Source: Centroscyllium fabricii
Lineage: Eukaryota
Length of the DNA: 64,000 nt
Direction: 5' to 3'
Assembly: GCA_051313645.2 (NCBI GenBank)
Contig: JBNRSN020000007.1
Span: 105,400,001-105,464,000, forward strand
Shown: positions 36,537-46,570 of the stretch, one piece after another
Position numbering within the stretch: the stretch's first letter is position 1
Layout of the letters: each line of letters begins with the position of its first letter
Position numbers and translations under genes: made by a program
The notes under the pieces: generated by a model
The model's input: only the letters and a program-made list of their open reading frames with translations
What the model was told of the DNA's origin: nothing
Database searches by the model: none

Positions 36537-39500
36537 TGTGACCGAAATAATGACCTCGTGGACGAGTAGTTAGAAAGAGAAACAATGCGGCTTTTATTAA
36601 CTAAATAGTGGGACACGCACCAGCTAGTCGACTGTCCCCAGGTATGGCCGGGGGATGGGAGACGGCCATTTATATACCCCCTCCTGGGAGGGAGGAGTCG
36701 CGGGCGGAGCCAGCCTGGCCATGTCCCGGTAATTGTATAACAGGTTATATACAACATGGCATTAGGTACGATTACATAGATACAAACGGGGTGATTATAT
36801 ACAATAAGAAACAGTGGGAAACAGTGGTTTATCACATTCACCCCTTCTTTAAAACAAAAGTCCAGCGGGGTCAATGCAAAAGTTCTTTTATTTATTTATT
36901 TTAATCATAAATTAAGTCGCTCCGGCGGCCTGGTGATCCTTGTCGAGCGTTGCACCGCTGGTGGTGTCCGCGGTCGCGGAGTGACCGGCCGAGTCGGTTG
37001 TGGCGATGGTGCTGATGCAGTTTGGCGAGCGGTGATCGTCGGTTGATTTCTGGGTGGTGGTGCCCTTATACCGACAGTAGGAGGCGCGCTCTCTCCCTCG
37101 TCGTCTGACTCTAGGGGGCGTGCACTGTGGAGCCATGCTGGGGGCCATGCCGTGCTGCTCGCAGGTGCCGGGTGGACGTACTGGGGTACAGGGTCTTCGT
37201 GCCGGGGAGCGTACCTTGGCGCCGGTGGCTGGGGTGGCGTGGCTGGCCGCGATGGCACGGATGGGGTGGCAGGCCGTCTTGGGTGCGCGGGCTGCTGGGC
37301 GGGGCGTCTTGGGTGCGCGGTCTGCTGGGCGGGGCTGGGTTTGGGGATCCCTGCTGGCGCCAGGTCCTTGATGGACACTGTGTCCTCCCTCCCGTCGGGG
37401 AACACCACGTAGGCGTACTGGGGATTGGCGTGCAGGAGGTGGACCCGTTCGACCAGGGGATCTGCCTTGTGGCCCCTCACGTGCTTCCGTAGTAGGACCG
37501 GTCCCGGGGATAGCAGCCACGATGGTAGCGAGGTCCCGGAAGCCGACTTCCTGGGGAAGGCAAAAAGTCGTTCGTGAGGGGTGGCATTAGTGGCCGTACA
37601 CAGGAGGGACCGGATAGAGTGGAGCGCTTCAGGGAGGACGTCCTGCCATCGGGAGACTGGGAGGCTCCACTATGAATATAGTTGGGATAGCCAAACAGGG
37701 AGAAGATGCTGTGGAGGGCTTTGATAACGGTGGCTGAGGTCATGTCCGGGCAGGGGATGGCAAAGGGGAAGCGGGAGTACTCATCGATCACATTAAGGAA
37801 GTACACGTTCCTGTTGGAGGAGGGAAGGGGCCCTTTGAAATCGACGCTGAGTCGTTCAAAGGGGCGAGTGGCCTTAATCAAGTGCGCCCGGTCTGGCCTG
37901 TAGAAGTGCGGCTTGCACTCTGCGCAGACCTGGCAGTTGCTGGTCAGCATCTTGACCTACTCGATGGAGTAGGGGAGGTTGCGGGACTTCACGAAGTGAA
38001 CCAACCTGGTGACCCCTGGGTGGCAGAGGTCATTGTGAAGGGTTTGGAGGCAGTCTGTCTGTGCGCTGGCACATGTACCGCGGGATAGGGCATCTGGGGG
38101 ATCGTTAAATTTCCCGGGCCGGTACAAGATATCATAGTTGAACGTGCAGAGTTCAATTCTCCACCTTAATATCTTGTCGTTCTTTATTTTACCCCGCTCT
38201 TTGTTGTTGAACATAAAAGCGACTGATCGTTGGTCAGTCAGCAGGGTAAAACGCTTGCCGGCCAGGTAGTGCTTCCAGTGACGCACTGCTTCAACAATGG
38301 CCTGGGCCTCCTTCTCGACTGAGGAGTGACGGGTCTCGGGGCCCTGGAGGGTACGTGAGAAGAAGGCCACGGGTCTGCCCGCCTGGTTAAGGGTGGCGGC
38401 CAGGGCAAAGTCCGATGCATCGCTCTCTACTTGAAATGGGACAGACTCGTCCACAGCGTGCATCGTGGCTTTTGCGATGTCATTCTTAATGCCGCAGAAC
38501 GCCGAGCTGGCTTCTGCGGACAGGGGAAAAGAGGTAGATTTAAGCAGTGGGCGAGCTTTGTCCGCGTAATTGGGGACCCACTGGGCGTAATACGCAAAGA
38601 AACCCAAGCACCGTTTAAGGGCCTTGGGGGAGAGGGGGAGGGGAAGCTCCATGAGGGGGCGCATGCGGTCCGGGTCGGGACCGATGACCCCATTCTCCAC
38701 AACACTGCCGAGGATGGCTAGGCGGGTGGTACTGAACACGCACTTTTCGGTGTTATAGGTCAAATTAAGTGTTTTGGCAGTGTGGAGAAATTTCTGGAGG
38801 TTGGCGTCATGGTCCTGCTGATCGTGGCCGCAGATGGTCACGTTATCGAGGTACGGGAAAGTGGCTCGCAGCCCGTACCGATCGACCATTCGGTCCATCT
38901 CCCTTTGGAAGACCGAGACCCCATTTGTGACGCCAAACGGGACCCTAAGGAAGTGATAGAGGTGACCGTCAGCCTCGAAGGCAGTATAGAGACGGTCCTC
39001 TGGGCGAATGGGAAGCTGGTGATAAGCAGACTTCAGGTCTATGGTGGAAAACATCCTGAACTGTGCGATCTGGTTCACCTGTTCGGCTATCCGGGGAAGG
39101 GGGTAAGCGTCTAACTGGGTGAACCGGTTTATGGTCTGGCTGTAGTCAATGACCATCCGGTTCTTCGCTCCGGTTTTGACCACCACTACCTGCGCCCTCC
39201 AGGGGCTATTACTGGCCTCGATAACCCCCTCCTTCAGGAGGCGCTGCACCTCGGACTTAATAAAGTCCATGTCCCCAGCACTGTAGCGCCTACTCTTGGT
39301 GGCGACGGGCTTGCAGTCTGGGGTGAGGTTGGCAAAGAGCGAGGGAGGGGCGACCTTAAGGGTCGAGAGGCCACAGGTAGCGTGCCGTGGGTGCTGTGCT
39401 GAGCGCCGGTTGCTGACCGTGAGCGAGGGAAGGGGCCCACCGCACGCCATGGTAACACTCTGGAGGTGGCACTGCAAGTCCAGACCCAATAGTAATGGGG

Positions 39501-41069
39501 CGCAGAGCTGCGGCAGCACGAAAAAGCTAAAATTATCAAAGTGCACGCCCTGTACAGTTAGGGCCACTGCGCAACGCCCGGAGACGTCCGCAGATTCCGA
39601 TTTAGAAGCCATCAAAATTCTTTGGCTCACAGGCATAACCTTAAGGGAGAGGCGCTCTACTGTCTCAGGATGAATAAAACTCACCGTGCTCCCACTGTCG
39701 AAAAGGCACACCACGTCTTGTCCGTTCACTTGCACCGGCATCATTGATTTCCCAAGCGATTGGGTCTTGTTCTGGTCAAGAGTTACTGATGCTAAAATTG
39801 GATCCGCCGGTTCCTCTTGATCCGCAGAGTAGTCCTCCGGGGCCGGTCCCCAAGATGGCTGCCGCCATGTGGTGTACTGCGGACGGGGTGGCTAGGTCCA
39901 ATATGGCGACTGCTGCCACGCAGGGTGCTGAGTGGGGGATGGTTGAGTCCAATATGGCTGCTCCCATGTTCCACACGCGGCGCTGCCCAGTTTTGGTTTA
40001 GGGGCTGATGTGGTCGCCTTACAGACTTTCGCGTAATGTCCTTTTTTTCCCGATTTTGAACAGGCCGCTTCTCTTGCCGGGCAGCTACGTCTCGGATGCT
40101 GAGACTGCCCGCAGAAGTAACATTTAGCCGTCTTTGCGTGAGCGGCTGCTATCATTTCTTCCGCCGGCCGTTGCGCCGGCGTTGCCCAAGATGGCGGGGC
40201 TGGGCCCGCATAGTTGCCGGAATAAGATGAGAGGTTTAGCGAGGCCACGTCCAGCGTGTGTCCCAGATCCGTAGTTGCCTGCAGGTCAAGGCCGTTCTGC
40301 TCTAACAGCCTCTGTCTTATATAGTCCGACCTGAGGCCTGTGACATATGCGTCTCTAATGAGACTGTCCGCATGGATCGGGGCCGTTAGCGCTCTGCAGT
40401 CACAGGCCCGTGAAAGCGCTCTTAAAAATTCCACGCTGGACTCACCGGGTTGTTGCTTCCTGGTGGCTAGGAGATGTCTGGCGTGGACGATATTGGGTGC
40501 CCGGTTGTACTCCGCCTTGAGGATCCTGATAGCATCCAAGTACGATGATGCGTCCACGATCATGGAGTACACCTGAGGGCCCACCCGGGCGTTGAGGAGC
40601 CGTCGTTTGTCCTCTTCGGTCACGACGACCGCTGCGTTCGCTCTCAGGTACGCATCGAAAACAGTGTACCAGTGTGTAAAAGTGTTTGATGCACCTGGTG
40701 TTCGGGGGTCCAGTTCAAACGTCGCTGGCTTGAGCATGGCTTCCATCTTCAAAATTTAGTTAATAAAATTGTGACCAAAATAACGACCTCGTGGACGAGT
40801 AGTTAGAAAGAGAAACAATGCGGCTTTTATTAACTAAATAGTGGGACACACACCAGCTAGTTGACTGTCCCCAGGTATGGCCGGGGGATGGGAGACGGCC
40901 ATTTATATACCCCCTCCTGGGAGGGAGGAGTCGCGGGCAGAGCCAGTCTGGGCATATCCCGGTAATCGTATAACAGGTTATATACAACATGGCATTAGGT
41001 ACGATTACATAGATACAAACGGGGTGATTATATACAATAAGAAACAGTGGGAAACAGTGGTTTATCACA
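36537..41069 (-). mobile_element. Mag-like Gypsy element A3 nested in the integrase of A2 (defective)
   Basis: 300-bp LTRs at 36537-36836 and 40770-41069 (~9 differences). TSD CTCCC at 36532-36536 and 41070-41074. Gag 40746-39892; PR-RT-RH 39744-37957 ending in a premature stop; integrase core deleted at ~37665. Confidence 0.96.
40754..40768 (-). promoter_or_regulatory. non-tRNA PBS-position element of A3 (TTTTATTAACTAAAT), complementary to LTR 40825-40839
   Basis: Perfect 15-bp inverted repeat of ATTTAGTTAATAAAA, starting 1 nt after the LTR end. Confidence 0.8.
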
Positions 41070-42602
41070 CTCCCCATCTCCATCACGGAGATAAAGGCTA
41101 TGACCAAAGAGTGCCCTGTCTGTGCCGAGTGCAAACCCCAATTTTACAGGCCAGACATGGCGCACATCATCAAGGCCACCCGCCCCTTTGAACGTCTGAG
41201 CGTGGACTTCAAAGGCCCCCTCCCCTCCACTGACCGCAACTCGTATTTCCTCATGGTCATAGACGAGTTCTCACGCTTCCCCTTCGCCTTCCCCTGCCCA
41301 GACATGACGAGCGCAACGGTGATAAAGCACTTCACCACGCTGTTCGCCATTTTCGGTCCCCCCAGCTACATCCATAGCGACCGGGGGTCGTCGTTCATGA
41401 GCGACGAACTGCGTCAGTTTCTGCTTCAGAAAGGGGTTGCCTCAAGCAGAACGACCAGTTACAACTCCCGGGGGAACGGCCAGGTAGAAAGGGAGAACGG
41501 GACTATCTGGAAGGCGGTCAACTTGGGCCTGAAGTCCAGAGGCCTTCAAGTTTCCCGTTGGCAGGAGGTCCTCCCAGACGCGCTCCATGCCATTCGCTCT
41601 CTGTTGTGTACCGCTACCAATTCAACACCTCACGACCTGTTATTTTCCTTCCCCAGGAAGTCGACTTCGGGGACAGCGCAGGGGCCGGTGTTGCTTAGAA
41701 AACACGTCCGCGGCCACAAGACCGACCCCCTGGTGGAACGGGTGCATCTGCTCCACGCTAACCCGCAGTATGCCTATGTGACATTCCCGGACGGGCGCGA
41801 GGACACGGTCTCGATCAGGGATCTGGCGCCCGCCGGGAGCACTAGGGCAGAACCCCCGGTCGAACCTCAGCCTGACCAGCCACCACCCACCGAATACTGG
41901 CCCCCGTACATACACACACCGGGGCCCTCAACTACACCGATCAACGACCCAGGATCGGACACCGCACCGCCGGCACCATTGGCGGAGAGCCCGATCCCGG
42001 CCCTGCAACCGGCACCACCACCGTTACCGGCACCCCGGCGGTCCTCGAGGCAGACGCGACCGCCGGAGAGACTGATAGCGCAGTGCTGATTGCGTCTAAC
42101 GGACACTTTGAAAATGTTTTTGTTGTTGTTATTGCTCTCTCTTCTATCGTTCACCCCGCCGGACTTGTTTTTAAAGAAGGGGTGAATGTGGTAACCGTAA
42201 TTACCAGTATGTATATAGGAATGTGTTCATCGGCAGCTCTGTACATTGTGTGTATATATATGGATGTATTCACCTCCAAACTCTGTACATTATGTGTAAG
42301 GCCAGGTCGGCCACACCTCTAACTCCTCCCCTCAGGTGGGAGCTTATAGGTGAGGGCCGCCCTGCCCCCGCTCATTCTCGCCTTGAACTCGACAGGAGAC
42401 TAGCTCCATTATAAGTGAATAAAAGCCTGTAGTTTGGGTAACTACTTGTCTTTCTTGTCTTGATTGACGATACATCACCCATCCCCCTTCCCCTCACCCT
42501 TGGGCAGGAAAGTGTAATTACAGCAAAACAAGTTCACATAAGCAGTTTCCATTATAAATGTGGACATTGAAATGTATAATAGAAATATAATAAGGACAGT
42601 AT

Positions 42603-43923
42603 TGAAGGGATGCGCAAAATTTCATATGTTCCCCCCGAAGATTTTATTGGACTTATTAAAGGAACCCTGGTGTGACTGTGTTTAAAAATCCAGGGCCTGT
42701 CAAAATGGCTGCGGTCGGACACATGGTCAAAAGCCTGTGGCATTTTGAAATTGGATCTGTTACAGATTGGCAAGCTATGAGTTAAAAATCTGTAGCACCC
42801 TTTTAACAGAAGCAGACAGAGGCCTTTGAATAATGCAGCAGGGCAAACTCAGGTGCATTCATGCCCTGGAATGGGCCATTAAAGATTGTTTACTTAAACA
42901 ATCAAAATTCAAACAGTAGGAGTGTGGTAAACCACTGTTTTGTATTATATTGTATCATAGTTCACTATACCTGTTTGCATGTAACCTGCCTGGGCATGCC
43001 CCTGCTGACCCCACCTGTGGCTCCTCCCCCGGACCCAGGTATAAAGGTGACTGTTTCCCAACCCCCCTTCAGTCTTGGACCAGTCGATCAGCAGAGGTAG
43101 GCTCCTGTTCTTTAGCTAATAAAAGCCTATCGTTTATTCACATAACTTCTAGTCTTTTGAGGTTATTGATAGCGCATCAAGGAGTCCACGGTCTGGAGTG
43201 GCTCATCAGGGAACGTTCGGGACAATAAAGATGCGGTTATGGGCCGATCAGGGCCATTACCGGCCGTTAAGGTAAATGGGCCAAGATCGGGGCCCTTTTG
43301 TTTGGAGTTTCTGCGCCCAAAGTCAAACAATGGAGCGGACTGATGGGGTGCAAAACAAATGATTACCGGGAGGGTATAACTGGGGAGCCCCAGACCCTCT
43401 CGCTCTCTCTCTCTCCACCTCGGCCTGGTACCCTGCCTGTCTGCTAGCAACTAAGAAGGAAGACCATCCAGAAGCATCGTAACCACGTTTCAACGGCAGC
43501 AGCAGGGCACAGGGTCAGGTTTTTCATCGATTCCACCAGTGAGCATTATCTTTTCTGGCTGCCACAAGACAACCTAGCTCGGTGTAAGGGTTGGAGTTAA
43601 AGGGGTATTGCTAAAATTGTAATTTTAGAATTTTCCCTTATGTCCATTTCTTCCACCCTGCTAAGTGTATAACTGTACTGTATTCATAGTGATTTTGTTT
43701 TGTATAATACTGTTTATCTCGTGGTTTTAGCTTCTGTTAATAAACATTGGTTTTCTTTGTACCAATCCACTGGTCTGTTCGTTTGTCCTTATTACCGCTT
43801 GATAAGTCCTGAGCTCAGAATCAGGAAGGGGGAAAGCAATTCGCAACCGCATAGCGGGCAGGGCAGCTCCGAAAAACATAACTGGCTGACCTACAATAAG
43901 CCCCTGAAATAAAACCCCTTACA
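42603..43923 (+). mobile_element. probable large (~1.06-kb) solo LTR, interrupted by a smaller solo LTR
   Basis: Imperfect terminal inverted ends TGAAGGGA...CCCCTTACA flanked by GTAT (42599-42602, 43924-43927). Internal GTATAA (~43374), (CT)n tract and AATAAA (~43739). Confidence 0.5.
42923..43179 (+). mobile_element. solo LTR (257 bp) of family A with TSD AGGAG
   Basis: TGTGGTAAACC...GCATCA termini; TATAAA at ~43040; TAATAAAAGCCT as in A1-A4; AGGAG at 42918-42922 and 43180-43184. Confidence 0.92.
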
Positions 43924-44058
43924 GTATTTACCACTTTAAAATGGGGACTGAATGTTATCTGGCTGCTCTGGTCCGGTTATTCCCTGCTCTCTAACCTCAC
44001 TTCACCTGAAGGTTACACTTGCTCTTGACTCCATGGGAGATTGACCAATGTATATATA

Positions 44059-44365
44059 AACAACAGCAACTTGCATTTATATAGCACCTTTAACATAGTA
44101 AAATGGCCCAAGGCGCTTCACAGAAATGCTATCAAACAAAATGTGACACCGAGCTACATAAGGGGATATTAGGACAGGTGACCAAAAGCTTGGTCAAAGA
44201 GTTAGGTTTTAAGGAGCATCTTTAAAGGAGGAGAAGGGGGTAGAGAGGCTGAGGGAGGGTCTCCAATGGTGAACAATTAAAATCGGGGATGCGCAAGAGG
44301 TCAGAGTTGGATGAGCGCTGAGATCGCGGAGGATTGTAAGGCTGGAAGACGTTACAGAGATAGGT
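44059..44365 (-). mobile_element. L2-clade LINE 3' end fragment
   Basis: AACAACAGCAACTTGCATTTATATAGCACCTTT is a typical reverse-complemented L2/L2-SINE 3' terminus. A second short terminus lies at 45652-45696. Confidence 0.65.
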
Positions 44366-45716
44366 TGTGAACAGATCTTCCCTTTCTCAGTTACAGAAAT
44401 GCTTAACATCAAACGTGCTTATCAGTGGCTTCCATTTTCCACATCAGCATTTCTGAAGGACAAAACACACGGCCTGTAAATAATTCCTCACAACCCTGTC
44501 AGCATCAACTGCTTGTATAATATTATAACACAAAGCCAGAGGCTAATCCGAATGCAGGGAATTATAATGTAATTGCCGGTGCTGCTGAATAATGGATGAG
44601 CACTACATGCCCAAAATAGATGTACGTGGACTGAGTTTTCATGTTTGAAGAAAAGAGCAGGTAGTAATGTGAAAGAGGTCACTGTATAATGGTTGGTTGG
44701 ACACCAGGAGATCAAAAATGTCTTTGAATGAAACTCCTCCCTACATATATATGATCGAGCTGACTGATGTGCTATAGCGTTCTGACATAAACTAAAGACA
44801 ACCAAACTGGATAGAATTCCTAGTCCATATTTACACTTAGTGTTTTGTAAGGGTTCTTTCTCTTTCCTGATGCAATGGTTGCGCCCCCTCAAGTGCACGA
44901 TTACTGAGTCTTTTTCTCTCATGCAAAAATTGCGTGAGATCAGGTGTGTCGCAGTGCACAGCTGTAAAGGAACCCGCCTGATTTTCCTTCCGTGTAAATT
45001 AAGGATTCCTTTACAGACGTGCCCTCTAACCGCCTGAATGTTTGATATTCACTGAGTTCAAGCAATTTAGTCACAGACTGGTCAAAGACCTGAGAGAATC
45101 CCCCCCCCCCCCCCCTTTAGACGTTTTTTGTTAACTTTTGTTTGTGTTCTGCTGAAAATTTGGACTCATCAAAGTTCGGGATGTTATTGCTGGCGACTGG
45201 AACATTTTCTCATTTTAGGCATCAGGATTGAGCACTTCCAGGTCAGCGACAGCACAGCTGAGCAGTGGCATCAAGTCCATTCACTTTACCCAAATCTCCA
45301 CCTACTTCACCAGTTTGGCGTTTCCATTTCCTACACCTTTGAATTGGGAATAACATAATCAAATAGTTCAGCTGCTGTTCTCTGAAATTGAATGTATAAT
45401 TCATGTCACGGTGCATATTTTATTGCCCTTTATGTAATTCAGGTAACTGAGTTATGCATTGGTGTGGCTTATAAGGCTCTTAAAAAACTAGCAATCAGTA
45501 AGTAGATTTATGCACAGGTGCAAGTTATGGTAAACCAAATTTAATTCCAGATTAAATCTAGAGCATGAGGGCCGATAATACAATGACAAGTGCTCATAAT
45601 ACCGCAATACTTTGTATGCTAAGGCCCTGTATCATCAAGCATTGGAGTAATAAGAAAGAAAGACTTGCATTTATATAGCGCCTTTCACGACTACCGGTCT
45701 CTTATACACACATGGC

Positions 45717-45932
45717 CCCCAAGAAAATGAACCATCTCAATAAATATAAATCTGGTGAGTTTATGCAGTAACCTTATATTTTGTTAATTAGAAGGCCAAG
45801 GAATAATCTCTCTCAGGTTGGCCGGGTCGTGGAGTCATCTCTCACCTCACTCAGTGAGAACTACAGGAGCATTTCTACACTGAACAGGTAAACTCCAGAA
45901 TCATCCTGTCTGCATAATAGCTATGGTTATTA
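45717..45932. repeat. ~220-bp segment with a diverged direct-repeat copy at 52684-52902
   Basis: Shared blocks CCCCAAGAAAATGAACCATCTCAAT, CTCACCTCACTCAGTGAGAACT and CAGAATC.TCCTGTCTG.ATAATA..TATGGTTATTA. Confidence 0.8.
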
Positions 45933-45959
45933 GTTGTATAACTTTATTTCACTTTGTGG

Positions 45960-46570
45960 CCGATGGGCTCAGCCAATGTGAGCAGCAGTTCCAGCTTCAA
46001 GTTCCTCGGGGTCCATATCTCGGAAGACCCCTCCTGGTCACTAAACACCTCCTCTCTGATAAAGAAGGCCCAACAGTGTCTGTACTTCCTAAGGAAGCTG
46101 AAAAAGGCCAAGCTGACATCCGGCATCCTCTCCAACTTCTACTGCTGCACAATTGAAAGCATACTGACAAACTGCATCACTGTCTGGTATGGAAACTGCA
46201 CCATCTCGGACCGGAAGGCCCTGCAGCGGGTAGTCAAAACTGCCCAACGAATCACCAGCGCCCAGCTACCATCAATTGAAAGCACCTACCTCAAACACTG
46301 CCTACAGAGGTCTAAGAACATTATTAAAGACCCCACACACCCCAGCCATAGTGTGTTCGCCCCCATGCCCTCCGGGAGACGCTACAGATCACTTCGCACC
46401 TGCACGACCAGATTCAAGAACAGCTTCTTCCCCAGTGCTGTCAGCCACCTGAACTCTAACAAAAAACTCTATTATCCGCACACTTGAAATGCACTTTATT
46501 GTATGCAACCCATGTTATGTAACCTATTTGCACTACTCTCGGGAGCGGCGAATCTACGTTTCGTTGTATT
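45960..46570 (+). mobile_element. Rex1/Babar-clade LINE 3' fragment
   Basis: ORF 45954-46487: SSFKFLGVHISEDPSWS..KKAQQCLYFLRKL..IESILTNCITVWYG..DPTHPSH..PSGRRYRSLRTCTTRFKNSFFP, the characteristic Rex-Babar C-terminus. Confidence 0.85.

Larger units (their letters stand above)
33597..42477 (+). mobile_element. Mag-like Gypsy element A2 (defective), host of nested A3
   Basis: 291-bp LTRs at 33597-33887 and 42187-42477 (~6 differences). TSD CCCAT at 33592-33596 and 42478-42482. Gag from 33912 is frameshifted and the protease is deleted. RT/RH at ~35150-36430. Integrase is split by A3 and resumes at 41075-42089. PPT TTTTAAAGAAGGGGTGAA precedes 42187. Confidence 0.95.

Noticed and set aside
44488-44922. 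144-aa minus-strand ORF in unique-looking sequence
   Set aside because: No recognisable motif or convincing splice context; length is compatible with chance.
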